Source: Brevundimonas sp. (GTDB taxonomy: Bacteria > Pseudomonadota > Alphaproteobacteria > Caulobacterales > Caulobacteraceae). From it: a stretch of DNA of 64,000 nucleotides. The stretch is taken from NCBI RefSeq assembly GCF_004296955.1, contig NZ_SCVB01000055.1. One strand, 5' to 3'. The notes beneath the pieces were generated by a model. That model was not told where the DNA came from. It worked only from the letters and a program-made list of their open reading frames with translations, and did not search any database. The position numbers were made by a program, and so were the translations under genes. This document shows, piece by piece, positions 20,687-31,773 of this stretch (position 1 is its first letter; every line of letters begins with the position of its first letter).

Positions 20687-21340
20687 TCAGCCCTTGGCCA
20701 GTTCGGCCTCGATGGCCCGCGACAGATCGGCCATGGAGGCGCCTTCGCCGCCGGGGGTGACGACCTCGACGCCGTTGACGAAGAAGGCGGGCGTCGAGTT
20801 GACGCCGGCCTTCATGGCCGCTTCCGAGCGCTCCTCGGAGGCCTTCAGATTGGCCGGATCGGTGATGCAGGCGTCGATCTGGTCGTTGTTCAGACCGGCG
20901 CCGTTGCCGATGCGGAACAGGGTGTCGCGCGGATTCACGCCGGCGCGCCATTCGCCCTGGCTGGCCATGATGCCGTGGATCACGTCGAAATATTTGTCCT
21001 CGCCGGCGCAGCGGGCGATCATGAAGCCGGCGACGGCGACGTTGGCCGGCGGGGTCGGCAGTTCGCGGAAGACGTAGCGGACCTTGTTGGTGTCGACATA
21101 GGCAGCCTTGAACGCCGGCCAGGTCTGCTCCTGCCAGGTGGCGCAGTGCGGGCAGGTGACCGAGGCGTATTCGATCACCGTGACCTTGGCGCCCTCGGCG
21201 GCGCCCAGGGCCATGTCGCCCTCGGCGGCGGTCGGCGTGCCGCCGCCGTTGCAGCCGGCCAGGGTCGCCATGGCGGCCATGGCTGCGGCGGTCATCGCCG
21301 CGCGGCGGCTCATGGCGGCGTATTTGGTCTGGGCGCTCAT
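20687..21340 (-). CDS. dsbA: DsbA-family lipoprotein (CPHC)
   Basis: Lipobox LAGC; VIEYASVTCPHC; STPAFFVNG. Confidence 0.88.
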   Translation of the reverse strand: MSAQTKYAAMSRRAAMTAAAMAAMATLAGCNGGGTPTAAEGDMALGAAEGAKVTVIEYASVTCPHCATWQEQTWPAFKAAYVDTNKVRYVFRELPTPPANVAVAGFMIARCAGEDKYFDVIHGIMASQGEWRAGVNPRDTLFRIGNGAGLNNDQIDACITDPANLKASEERSEAAMKAGVNSTPAFFVNGVEVVTPGGEGASMADLSRAIEAELAKG

Positions 21341-21526
21341 GGGGTCGTCCTCAACTGGTGGGCGGGATTCTGGAGAGCATCGCGCGATTCCCCGGAAATG
21401 CGCGCGCTGGGGGCGGTAACGATCGTCGTGGCTGTGGCGGGCAGTTTATCGTCGAACTGTCGATCTAGCCAAAGATGTTCCGCCGCGCCAGCGGCCTCGC
21501 TTCTGCAGCGCCCGGGGGCCGCAGGG

Positions 21527-22456
21527 TCAGGGCGCGGCCTCGACCGGGACGCCGCGACGGAACAGGATCGCCTGCACGCTGTCGTCGCCGGCCAGATGCA
21601 TGGCGCCGACGGCGATGAAGGCCGTGCCCGAGCCCTCCAGCAGGGTCTGGATCTGGTCCGCCCAGCGGGTGTTCCGGCGCACCAGCAGCGCGTCGTACAG
21701 CGCGGGGGTGGCGCGCAGCGGGTCAACGGCGACGGCCTGGAGGGCGTCGACATCGCCGGCCGCCCAGGCCTCGACCATGCGGTCGACATCCGTCTGGGCG
21801 GCGTCGAAGGCGGCGAGCGAACGGCGGAGGAAGGCGAGTTGCCCCTCTTCCGGGAAGCCGGCCAGCATGCGGATCTGCTCGTCCGGGGTCTCGAAGCCGG
21901 AGACCGCCATGCCCGCGGCCTCGGCGCGCGCCCTGAGGATCGGCTCGACGCCGGACTCGGTCGCATAGCCGGCGCGCAGGATGGAGGCGGTCTGCACCGT
22001 CACGCCGGCCAGCCACGGCCGCATCGGCTCCATGTTCGCCGCGCTTGAGCCGATGGCGCGGGCGGCGGCGTCGAGCGCCGTCCGTTCCTCCGCCGTCAGC
22101 AGGCCCGACAGGGGCCGCTCGGGGGACAGGCCATGTTCGCGGATGATCGGCAGCAGGACGCTCTGGTCCGCGGGGGCGGCGACCTCGATGATGAGCTGCG
22201 AGGCGGCGGCGAAGGCCTGGTCGACCCGGTCGGAGCCCCAGGCCGTGGTCGGCCGCAACAGGTGCATGGTCCCGAAGAGATAGAGGACGGAGTCGGCGTC
22301 GCGCACGACCCACAGGGCCGGACCCGCCCCTTCGGCCGGGGGAACGGCGCGGACGGCCGGGGCGGCGTCCTGGGCCAGGGCGGCGGCCGGCGCGGCGGCG
22401 GCGAGAAGCAGTCCGACGAGGACGGCGGCGATCTTGAGAGGGCCGGAAAGCGACAT
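21527..22456 (-). CDS. TraB/GumN family protein
   Basis: Signal peptide; LYLFGTMH, FETPDEQ, RRN..W, AVGAMHL. Confidence 0.9.
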   Translation of the reverse strand: MSLSGPLKIAAVLVGLLLAAAAPAAALAQDAAPAVRAVPPAEGAGPALWVVRDADSVLYLFGTMHLLRPTTAWGSDRVDQAFAAASQLIIEVAAPADQSVLLPIIREHGLSPERPLSGLLTAEERTALDAAARAIGSSAANMEPMRPWLAGVTVQTASILRAGYATESGVEPILRARAEAAGMAVSGFETPDEQIRMLAGFPEEGQLAFLRRSLAAFDAAQTDVDRMVEAWAAGDVDALQAVAVDPLRATPALYDALLVRRNTRWADQIQTLLEGSGTAFIAVGAMHLAGDDSVQAILFRRGVPVEAAP

Positions 22457-22565
22457 GTCAGGGTCCATTCGTTGAGGGCGGGGTGCGGGCGAGCGAAAGC
22501 CGCGGACCGACAGGGTCCGTTGCAGGCGGGTCCGACGAGGCGGACGCGGAGGCGGTTGAGGTCGT

Positions 22566-22982
22566 CTAGCGGGCGGTCGGGACGTCCGGGACGCGCCTGC
22601 AGGCGGTGAAGGCCCACAGGGCGTAGCCGAGGGTCAGCACCAGGGCGGAGGCGACGGCGATCATCGAGCCGGGGTCGGCCACGGCCAGCGGGGCGAAGGC
22701 CCAGAGCCCCGCCTGGGTCAGGCCCGCCAGGGTCAGGGACCAGCCGCCGACCCGCAGGGCGGCCTGGGTGCGGCGCTCGACGAGGGGCGAGCGCGGCGCC
22801 CCGCTGATGCGTTTGGGCATCAGGTTGGCGTAGCCGGCCAGTCCCAGGCCGATCAGGATCTGCAGGGCCCGGCGGGCGCCGTCGGCCCCGATCAGGCCGG
22901 CGCCTTCGGCGTAGCGCAGGCCGGCGGCGGCGGCGAGAAACAGCAGGGCGATGGTGATCGCCGTCGTGATCCGGGGGCTCAT
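22566..22982 (-). CDS. SdpI/YhfL-like membrane protein
   Basis: Four hydrophobic segments with 'GYANLMPK'; coupled to an SdpR-like regulator. Confidence 0.65.
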   Translation of the reverse strand: MSPRITTAITIALLFLAAAAGLRYAEGAGLIGADGARRALQILIGLGLAGYANLMPKRISGAPRSPLVERRTQAALRVGGWSLTLAGLTQAGLWAFAPLAVADPGSMIAVASALVLTLGYALWAFTACRRVPDVPTAR

Positions 22983-23278
22983 GATGGGTCTCCCTTGGAG
23001 GGGCGGGGCGCGGCGACATTGCCGATGCCGAAGGTCTGGCTGAAGCCGAGCAGGGCGTCCTCAAGGACGGACAGCTTGAGCCGGTAGGTGATGGTCGTGC
23101 CCTGTTTGTGCGCGTCGATCAGATCGGCTTCGCGCAGGACATTGAAATGCGCCGACATGGTCGGCCTGGAGACGGCGAATTGCTCGCTCAGCTCTCCGGC
23201 GGTCATCGGCCGCTGGCGCAGCAGCTCCAGCACACGGCGGCGCGTGGGATCGGCGAGAGCCTTGAAAACCTTGTTCAT
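22979..23278 (-). CDS. ArsR/SdpR-family autorepressor
   Basis: VFKALADPTRRRVLELL..RPMTAGEL…SRPTMSAHFNVLREADL. Confidence 0.92.
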   Translation of the reverse strand: MNKVFKALADPTRRRVLELLRQRPMTAGELSEQFAVSRPTMSAHFNVLREADLIDAHKQGTTITYRLKLSVLEDALLGFSQTFGIGNVAAPRPSKGDPS

Positions 23279-23285
23279 GGCTCAG

Positions 23286-23313
23286 TGTTTAGCTAAACAT
23301 CGAAATAAGTCAA
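23286..23313 (-). promoter_or_regulatory. Promoter with overlapping palindromic operator for the ArsR gene
   Basis: TTGACT-N16-TAAACA on minus strand; perfect 14-bp palindrome TGTTTAGCTAAACA (23286-23299) covers the -10. Confidence 0.75.
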
Positions 23314-23339
23314 GCGGTCTGTCCCGGCGGGCGGTCCGC

Positions 23340-23906
23340 TCAGCCTCCTGAACGGTCGCGGCCCTTTTCGGGGTCGCCCAGGACGGCGCGGCCCAGCCGC
23401 TCCAGCGGTCCCTTCAGGGCCTCGGGCGCGGCGTCGAGCGCGGTCCTCAGTTCGGCCTCCTCATGGGCGGACAGGGGCTGGGCGGCGGGCCGGCGCGCGG
23501 GGGCGGCGGCGATCTCCGACGGCGGCCTGACCGGGCCCTGGGCGATCCTGAGCCGGTCGACGCTGCCGGCGCCGAGGAACAGATTGACCCGGGCGAGGAT
23601 GTCTTCGGACTGGTGCTGCACCAGCAGGGCGGCCGGGCCGGCGACGCGAAGCTCCAGGGTGCCCCCGGCGCCGCCGCGCCCCTTGGTCAGCTTCTGCGGC
23701 CGCGTCACCCGCGCCAGCCGGTCGCCGACGATCTCGCGCCAGCGCGGCTCCAGCGCCGCGGCGCCGCGCCCGAATTTGCCGTCCAGCTCCTTGATCAGGT
23801 CCTGCAGCGCCCTTCCGGCCCGGGGCGCTGGCCGCGGGATCGGACGGGTGCGCCGCCGCGACAGGATCTCGCGGGTCTCGGCGTCTGTGGGCAGCGTGCG
23901 GCGCAT
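23340..23906 (-). CDS. DUF721/DciA-family protein
   Basis: W.EIVG..LA….P.KL; ALLVQHQSEDIL.RVN.FLG..V..LRI.Q; sits between mutY and dsbA. Confidence 0.85.
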   Translation of the reverse strand: MRRTLPTDAETREILSRRRTRPIPRPAPRAGRALQDLIKELDGKFGRGAAALEPRWREIVGDRLARVTRPQKLTKGRGGAGGTLELRVAGPAALLVQHQSEDILARVNLFLGAGSVDRLRIAQGPVRPPSEIAAAPARRPAAQPLSAHEEAELRTALDAAPEALKGPLERLGRAVLGDPEKGRDRSGG

Positions 23907-23927
23907 TTAGGGTTTATAGCGCGGGCG

Positions 23928-24962
23928 ATGGCCGCCGTCCCCACTCCCGTTCCCGCCCTCCGCGCCGCCCTGCTCGACTGGTACGACGCCCATGGGCGGA
24001 TCCTGGCCTGGCGCGCGGCGCCCGGAGCCGCGGCGCCCGACCCCTATCGGGTCTGGCTGTCCGAGGTGATGCTGCAGCAGACCACCACGCCCCACGCCAC
24101 GCCCTATTTCCAGGCCTTCACGACCCGCTGGCCGACGGTGAAAGATCTCGCCGCGGCCGACGACGGCGAGGTCATGGCCGCCTGGGCCGGGCTCGGCTAC
24201 TACGCCCGCGCCCGCAACCTGCTGGCCTGCGCGCGGGCGGTGGCGAGGGACCACGGCGGGGCCTTCCCGGACACCGAGGCCGGACTGCTGGCCCTGCCGG
24301 GGGTCGGCGCCTATACCGCCGCCGCCGTCGCCGCCATCGCCTTCGGCCGCCCGGCCAATGTGGTCGACGGCAATGTCGAGCGGGTCATGGCGCGTCTGTT
24401 CGCGGTCGAGACCCCGCTGCCCGCCGCCAAACCGGAGCTGAGGCGGCTGGCCGCGACCCTGGTCGCCGACGATCGCCCCGGCGACTGGGCGCAGGCGCTG
24501 ATGGATCTCGGCGCCACCGTCTGCCGGCCGGGCGGGCCGCTGTGCGAAGCCTGTCCGCTGACAGCGTGGTGCGCGGCCTTCGCCTCCGGCCATCCCGGGC
24601 GCTGGCCGCTCAAGACCGCAAAGGCCGACCGGCCGCACCGGACCGGCACGGCCTGGGTGCTGCGCGACGAACAGGGGCGGGTGGCGCTGGCGCGCCGGCC
24701 GGACAGGGGCCTGCTGGGCAGCATGCTGGGCCTGCCGACCTCGGACTGGACGGCCGGACCGGCCGAGGCCGAGACCGGGCCGCCGGTCGCCGCCCACTGG
24801 CGCGACGCGGGCGCGATAGAACACGTCTTCACCCATTTCTCCCTGACCCTGGCGGTGCGGGTCGCCGAGGGGGCGGGCGACTTCCTCTGGACCGATCCCG
24901 ACGAGGCGCTGGCGTCCCTGCCGACCGTGTTCCGCAAGGCGCTCGAGCGGGGGCTGGCCTAG
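23928..24962 (+). CDS. mutY: A/G-specific adenine glycosylase
   Basis: WLSEVMLQQT, GLGYYARARNL, LPGVGAYTA, VDGNVERV, C-X6-C-X2-C-X5-C, HVFTHF. Confidence 0.97.
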   Translation: MAAVPTPVPALRAALLDWYDAHGRILAWRAAPGAAAPDPYRVWLSEVMLQQTTTPHATPYFQAFTTRWPTVKDLAAADDGEVMAAWAGLGYYARARNLLACARAVARDHGGAFPDTEAGLLALPGVGAYTAAAVAAIAFGRPANVVDGNVERVMARLFAVETPLPAAKPELRRLAATLVADDRPGDWAQALMDLGATVCRPGGPLCEACPLTAWCAAFASGHPGRWPLKTAKADRPHRTGTAWVLRDEQGRVALARRPDRGLLGSMLGLPTSDWTAGPAEAETGPPVAAHWRDAGAIEHVFTHFSLTLAVRVAEGAGDFLWTDPDEALASLPTVFRKALERGLA

Positions 24963-27106
24963 CGGACGGTGCGCACCGTGACCGGGCCGTCGCGGCGCAG
25001 GGGGATGACCACCGTGTGGTTGCCCATCTGCTGGAACGCCAGGTCGACCACGCCCTCTCCGACCCGGAGATTGGTGATGTTCAGCCGGTCGATGCCCGCC
25101 GGCAGGACGGGATCCTGGATTTCCACCGTCCCGGCGACGGCGTCGACGCTGACCCCCAAAGCCGACTGCAGCATCAGGAAGACGGATCCCGCCGCCCAGG
25201 CCTGGGGCAGGCAGGCGACCGGATAGGCGATGGGCGGCTCGCCCGGCAGCCGTTCGAAACCGCAGAACAATTCCGGCAGGCGCAGATGGAAATGCGTCGC
25301 CGAGGCGTAGATCTCGCCCAGCAGCAGGGCCACGGCGCGGCGCTCGCCGTAGCGGGCCATGCCGGCGGCGGCCATGGCGGTGTCGTGGGGCCAGACCGAG
25401 CCGTTGTGATAGCTCATCGGATTGAACCGGGCCTGGCCGGTGGCCAGGGTCCGGATGCCCCAGCCCGAGCGGAATTCGGCGCCCAGCAGCCGTTTCGACA
25501 CCCGCTTCGCCCGCTCCGCCGACGGCAGGCCGGTGAACAGCAGATGGCCGGCGTTCGATCCGATCGAGCGGCACTGCTCGCCGTCGCCGTCGAGGGCGAT
25601 GGCGTAGAAGCCCTCGTCCTCCATCCAGAACCGGTCCTCGACCAGCGCCCGCACGCGTTCCGACTGGGCCGCCCACTGAGCCTGACGGTCGTCGCCGAGC
25701 GTGGCGGCGAGATCGGCCATCGCCCGCCACGCGGCGTAGGCGTAGCCCTGCACCTCCAGCAGGGCGATCGGCCCCTTGGGAAACCGCCCGTCGGTGTGGA
25801 AGATGGAGTCCTCGGAATCCTTCCAGCCCTGGTTGGACAGGCCGGTCTCGGCGCCGCGCTGGTAGCTGATCAGGCCGTCGCCGTTGAAGTCGCCGTGGTC
25901 CTTCATCCAGCCGGTCGCGGCGACCAGATTGGGCCAGAGCCGCCGGATCAGATCGAAATCGCCAGTGCGCCGGGCGTAGGCGCCGGCGAGGGCCACGAAC
26001 AGGCAGGTGGTGTCGACCCCGCCGTAGTAGAGGCCGAACGGCACCTCGCCGAGAGCGCTCATCTCGCCGCCGCGGGTCTCGTGCATGATCTTGCCGGGGG
26101 CGGAGTCCTGGAAGGCCGAGACCTCGGTCGCTTGACGCATGGCCAGATAGGTCAGCACCCCCCGGGCGAGGGACGGGTCGAGCCAGAGCATCTGCCAGGC
26201 GGTGATGATCCCGTCCCGCCCGAACGGCGTCGAGAACCAGGGCGTCCCGGCATAGGGATAGGGGCCGGTCGGCAGGTCGGTGGTCAGCAGGGCCACGTCG
26301 GCGCGCGACTGGTCCAGCCAGTCGTTGAAGCGCGGACTGCGCGGTCCCCTGAGCGAGGCGCCGCGGCGGCGACGGGTCCGCATCGACAGTCTGGCCTGGA
26401 CAGCGTTGAGCCGGTAGCGCGCCTCGTCCGGGGCGTCGCAGCTGTCGGCGCCGCATTCGATGTAGAGGTCGCAGCGCCGGCCCTTGGGCAGGCTGAACAT
26501 GAACTCGGCCCGGCCGCCGCTGAGCCGGGCCGGCGGCTCGGAGAAGGCCAGGCAGCTGGTCCGCGCGACCCCGTCCAGCCCGGTGTATCGAAAGGTCACG
26601 CGCCGGCCGTCGTGGCTGGGCGCCTCGGCGGTCCCGCGGTGGTTCCGGAGCGTGCCCCGGACCTGGAAGATGTCGGCGAAATCGACGGCGAAATCGAAGG
26701 CGAGGGGCAGCAGCACGTCCTCGACGCCGTGATTGACCATACGCACCCGTTCGAACATCCGCCGGTCGCGAACGAAGCGGCGGCGCTCGATGTGCAGGAC
26801 CCCCGCCGGCGCCGACCGTCCGCCCATCGGCGGCAGGGGCCGGTTGGTCGAATGGCAGGTGAAATAGACATTGTCCTGGCTGACGCCGGAGCTCAGTCGC
26901 GACGGCCGCGCCAGTCCGGCGGTCATGACGAACCGGGAGAGGAGGCGGGTGTCGTGATCGAACAGGCCGTCGGCGCCGCCCTTCAGATCGCCCCAGCCGT
27001 CGGCCACCAGGAAGGTGTCGGCGTCCTTCAGCGCCATCAGCCGTTCGAGCCCGTCGGCCTCGGAGGTGTCGGCGGCGGTGGTCTGGACCGAATAGGCGTC
27101 GTCCAT
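24959..27106 (-). CDS. Amylo-alpha-1,6-glucosidase / glycogen-debranching-like enzyme
   Basis: AGTPWFSTPFGRD, PGKIMHE, YYGGVDTT, NQGWKDS, YHNGSVWPHD, LPELF, PQAWA. Confidence 0.9.
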   Translation of the reverse strand: MDDAYSVQTTAADTSEADGLERLMALKDADTFLVADGWGDLKGGADGLFDHDTRLLSRFVMTAGLARPSRLSSGVSQDNVYFTCHSTNRPLPPMGGRSAPAGVLHIERRRFVRDRRMFERVRMVNHGVEDVLLPLAFDFAVDFADIFQVRGTLRNHRGTAEAPSHDGRRVTFRYTGLDGVARTSCLAFSEPPARLSGGRAEFMFSLPKGRRCDLYIECGADSCDAPDEARYRLNAVQARLSMRTRRRRGASLRGPRSPRFNDWLDQSRADVALLTTDLPTGPYPYAGTPWFSTPFGRDGIITAWQMLWLDPSLARGVLTYLAMRQATEVSAFQDSAPGKIMHETRGGEMSALGEVPFGLYYGGVDTTCLFVALAGAYARRTGDFDLIRRLWPNLVAATGWMKDHGDFNGDGLISYQRGAETGLSNQGWKDSEDSIFHTDGRFPKGPIALLEVQGYAYAAWRAMADLAATLGDDRQAQWAAQSERVRALVEDRFWMEDEGFYAIALDGDGEQCRSIGSNAGHLLFTGLPSAERAKRVSKRLLGAEFRSGWGIRTLATGQARFNPMSYHNGSVWPHDTAMAAAGMARYGERRAVALLLGEIYASATHFHLRLPELFCGFERLPGEPPIAYPVACLPQAWAAGSVFLMLQSALGVSVDAVAGTVEIQDPVLPAGIDRLNITNLRVGEGVVDLAFQQMGNHTVVIPLRRDGPVTVRTVR

Positions 27107-27192
27107 GGAAAGTCCGGTGCGGTCAAAGACGGGATCAGCCTCGCCCGTGAATACGAACGCTTGATGGCCATAACCCGTTCATCCGGCGCCGC

Positions 27193-28305
27193 TCAGAGCC
27201 CGGCGGCGAAGCTCCGGTCTTCCGACGGCCGCAGCGGGACGACCGCGTCTTCAAGCGTCGCCTCGGCGAACGGGCGTCTGGCGAGGAGGTCGCCGTAGAC
27301 GTCCAGATAGCGGCGCGCCATGGCCGTGGCCGAGAAGCGCAGGTCGAACCGGGCGCGGATCGCCTCGCGGTCCAGCAGGTGGGCGCGGCCCGCGGCGGCC
27401 ACCGCCTGTTCGACGGTGTCGACGAGAAAGCCGGTCGCGCCGTCCTCGATGATCTCGGGCGTCGAGCCGCAGCGGAAGGCGACCACCGGCGTCCCGCAGG
27501 CCATGGCCTCGATCATCACCAGGCCGAACGGCTCGGGCCAGTCGATCGGGAACAGCAGGGCCTCGGCGCCGCCGAGGAAGGCGGACTTCTGGTGGTCGCC
27601 GATCTCGCCCACGAACTCGACCAGCGGGTTGGCGTCGATCATCGGCTTGATGACCGTCTCCCAGTAGACCCGGTCGGCGGCATCGACCTTGGCGGCCATC
27701 TTCAGCGGCTTGTTGAGCTTGGTGGCGATCTCGATGGCGCGGTCGGGCCGCTTCTCCGGCGAGATGCGGCCGAGGAAGGCCAGATAGCCGGCGGCCTTGG
27801 GGCTGAACCGGTACAGGTCGCCGGGCATGCCGTGATGGACGGTGGCCTTCCAGCTTGCGCCGGGCAGGGGTCGGCGCTGGTCGTCGGAGATCGAGACGAG
27901 GCCGAACTGCGGCCAGCGCTCATAGACCCCCGGCAGGTCCTTCAGATCCAGCCGCCCGTGCAGGGTGGTCAGGGTCTTGTCGGCGCAGCGGGCGAAGAAG
28001 GGGAAATGCACCATGTCGGTGTGGAAATGGATGACGTCGAAGTCGTCGGCCCGCTTCAGCACCTCGGACAGCAGGGTCATGTGCGCCGCCAGGTCGGATT
28101 TGAGCGGGGCCGGGTCAAGCCGGATGGCCTGGTCGCGGACCGGGATCAGGCGCGCCCGCGTTTCGGCGTCGGCGCTGGCGAACAGGGTGACCTCATGGCC
28201 CAGATCGACGAGGGCGTCGGTGAGGTGGGCGACGACCCGCTCGGTCCCGCCGTACAGTTTCGGCGGCACGGCTTCGTACAGCGGCGTAACCTGGGCGATC
28301 TTCAT
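27193..28305 (-). CDS. Glycosyltransferase family 4
   Basis: VPPKLYGGTERVV, FLGRISPEK, PIDWPEPFGLVMIEAMACGTPV. Confidence 0.95.
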   Translation of the reverse strand: MKIAQVTPLYEAVPPKLYGGTERVVAHLTDALVDLGHEVTLFASADAETRARLIPVRDQAIRLDPAPLKSDLAAHMTLLSEVLKRADDFDVIHFHTDMVHFPFFARCADKTLTTLHGRLDLKDLPGVYERWPQFGLVSISDDQRRPLPGASWKATVHHGMPGDLYRFSPKAAGYLAFLGRISPEKRPDRAIEIATKLNKPLKMAAKVDAADRVYWETVIKPMIDANPLVEFVGEIGDHQKSAFLGGAEALLFPIDWPEPFGLVMIEAMACGTPVVAFRCGSTPEIIEDGATGFLVDTVEQAVAAAGRAHLLDREAIRARFDLRFSATAMARRYLDVYGDLLARRPFAEATLEDAVVPLRPSEDRSFAAGL

Positions 28306-28345
28306 GGCGATGGTTCCTGACGCCCCCTCAGGGCGCCGGCTCAGC

Positions 28346-28370
28346 AACGACCCGGCCCCTCCGAAGTTCC
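28346..28370 (-). promoter_or_regulatory. SigmaT/EcfG general-stress promoter of GT4-glucosidase operon
   Basis: Exact GGAAC-N16-CGTT on minus strand. Confidence 0.75.
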
Positions 28371-28455
28371 GGAAACGCCGGTTTTCTTCCACAAAACCGG
28401 CGGGTTAGGCTGGATTTAATGTCGGCTACCGGTCATTGCGCCGACCCGGACCGCC

Positions 28456-30507
28456 TCAGATGGCCAGACCCGGATCGCCTTCGCGGATTTCCTGCCTGAG
28501 TTCGGGCGCCGCCCCCGGTCCCCAGAGCGCGACGCGATGGGCCACCCGGTAGACCAGGGGGCCGCCGTCGTCCCGGTCACTGCGTTCGTGCGGAATGGGT
28601 ATGCAGACGAATTCGGTCTCGAGTTCGTCGGCCGAGGCCCGCACGGTCGCGTAGCCGTGGCCGGCGAAGTCCATGAATCTGAGATGCGGAGCCAGCTCCG
28701 GGTTGCGCGCGGCGCGCGCCCGGGCGGGATCGCCCGTCTCATGCAGGACGAGGGCGGACCGGACGCCGTGCATCAAGGTCATGCCAAAGGCGCTCTGGCT
28801 CGAGCCGTCCGGCCTGTCATGAATGTAGAAGGGCCGCATGGGGTGGTCCCGGGGCATGCCCAGTTGCTGCACCTCGGCGAATGTCTGGGACGAGATCGAG
28901 CCGGTCACGAATTCGACGCCCACGGGATCATACGCCCGGGGCGGCAGGGTCTTGCTGGGATAGCCGGCCCAGAAGGCGTGTTTGTCGCCGGCCACGACGG
29001 TGAATCCCGTGATTCCTTCCTCGCGGATCATGTCGAAGATCTCGGCGTGTTCGACCCCGTAGCCGCCGCCCTGCATGATCCCGTACCCGGCGCCCGCCGG
29101 CCACCGGTCCGCGAACGCCTGAGACAGGTTCTGAGGATCGGTGCGCCCGGTCAGCGTGCCGAACGAATGGCCCCAGATCTTCCACGGCGCCCGGGCGGCG
29201 CGCAGCCGGTCCTTGAACCAGGCCATCTGCTCAAGGCCGAGATAGGCCTCCGGCGGCGCGTCCATGTTCGGATTGGGAAAGTCTGCTGCACCGACCCGGA
29301 TGGAGGCCGGCGGGGCGCCCCCGCCATAGTCGCGCCCCTGGTCGAGAACCGCGTACATGTCCTCGGGAATGGCGCCGCCGAACTTCAGGTCCGGGTGACC
29401 GCTGTAGGTGCCGCCCGGCGAGCCGAATGAACGGTTGTCCGTCAGGATCATGTCGACGTTCCTGCCGTACCGGAACGCCCTCTGGATCTGCAGCGCCTTG
29501 ATGGCGGCCAGGTTGTTGGGCTCCAGCCCCGTTCCCCGCGCGTCGAGTTCGGCCAGAGGCATGTCCTGCACGGCGGGCGCCTCGAAAACATCCCCGCTTC
29601 CGGGCTTGCGGACCCGCGCCGGCTGATACTCGTACCAGGCCTGACTCGCGGCGACCTTGAGCGTCTGCGCGGGGCGGATTTCGCCGCCCAGAATCCGCTG
29701 GCTCTGGTAGGAGCGCCAGTTGAACTCGTGATTGTCCCAGACGGGCACGAAGGGCCAGCGGGCCCGGGCGTCCTGCAGGTCCGGGTCGAGCAGATAACCG
29801 CGATAGGCCGTGCGGTAATCCTCCAGGTCCGCCGGGATGTTGAAGGTCTCCACCTTCTCGCCCGTCGGATAGCGCACGATATCGCGAAGGCGTCGGCCTC
29901 GTTCGACGCCGCCGGGCCGTTCTTCCGGATACCAGACCAGTTCGTAGATGAAGTCGCCCAGGTGCAGGACGAAGCCCAGCTGCGCGTCGCGGGGCTTGCG
30001 CCCATCCTCATGGATCATGCGGCGCCAGGCGTTCATCGCGCCCTGGGTGACGTCCTGACAGCTGACGAAGGCGAAGGTCACCGGCCGGGCGTCGTCGTCC
30101 GCCGGCGCCGTCAGGGTGCGGCCGATGCGGCTGGCGTTCCCCGCCTCGTCGACGAAGCGATACCAGTACTCCCGCGCCGGCCTGAGCCCGGCGGCGAGGA
30201 AGCGGCAGGTCCAGTCGGTGGCCGCGGTCACGGCGACGTCGCCGCGCGCGACCACCTCCGAAAATCCAGGGTCGCCGGCGACCTCGACCGTCAGGCGATG
30301 CGACGCCACGCCCTGGTCCGGCGCGCGGCGCGTCCACAGGATGACGCTGTCCGCCCGCGGATCGCCCGAGGCGACGCCGTGCGGATACAGGTCCCGGCGC
30401 TCTCTGGCGGTCGCCGCCCGCGCCGCGCTCGGTCCGAAGGCCAGGGCCGCGCCCAGCGCCGCGGCCTGGGCGGCGAAGGCGCGCCGCGAAAGTGCGAACC
30501 TGTCCAT
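28456..30507 (-). CDS. phoD: Alkaline phosphatase D family protein, Tat-exported
   Basis: SRRAF signal; GVASGDP..DSVILWTR, LHLGDFIYE, WDNHE, GDKH. Confidence 0.92.
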   Translation of the reverse strand: MDRFALSRRAFAAQAAALGAALAFGPSAARAATARERRDLYPHGVASGDPRADSVILWTRRAPDQGVASHRLTVEVAGDPGFSEVVARGDVAVTAATDWTCRFLAAGLRPAREYWYRFVDEAGNASRIGRTLTAPADDDARPVTFAFVSCQDVTQGAMNAWRRMIHEDGRKPRDAQLGFVLHLGDFIYELVWYPEERPGGVERGRRLRDIVRYPTGEKVETFNIPADLEDYRTAYRGYLLDPDLQDARARWPFVPVWDNHEFNWRSYQSQRILGGEIRPAQTLKVAASQAWYEYQPARVRKPGSGDVFEAPAVQDMPLAELDARGTGLEPNNLAAIKALQIQRAFRYGRNVDMILTDNRSFGSPGGTYSGHPDLKFGGAIPEDMYAVLDQGRDYGGGAPPASIRVGAADFPNPNMDAPPEAYLGLEQMAWFKDRLRAARAPWKIWGHSFGTLTGRTDPQNLSQAFADRWPAGAGYGIMQGGGYGVEHAEIFDMIREEGITGFTVVAGDKHAFWAGYPSKTLPPRAYDPVGVEFVTGSISSQTFAEVQQLGMPRDHPMRPFYIHDRPDGSSQSAFGMTLMHGVRSALVLHETGDPARARAARNPELAPHLRFMDFAGHGYATVRASADELETEFVCIPIPHERSDRDDGGPLVYRVAHRVALWGPGAAPELRQEIREGDPGLAI

Positions 30508-30617
30508 GTCAGTCGTCCTCCCGGCGCGAGGAGGCGCTGACCGCGATGCCGGGTCAACTTACGGTCTCGTAACCCCGGACCGGGTCAGGAGGACGGCGCC
30601 GGACGGCGACGCCTGCG

Positions 30618-31773
<1,156 letters not shown>

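Noticed and set aside
20043-21340. Tandem DsbA genes as a novelty
   Set aside because: The dciA-dsbA-dsbA-smc arrangement is, from recall, a conserved Caulobacteraceae layout
23907-27298. 849-aa and 918-aa ORFs
   Set aside because: Out-of-frame or antisense shadows of mutY and the glucosidase; Arg/Pro/Gly-rich nonsense
30545-30580. Pho box before phoD
   Set aside because: Only a weak 11-bp-spaced GGTCAA/GGTCTC pair
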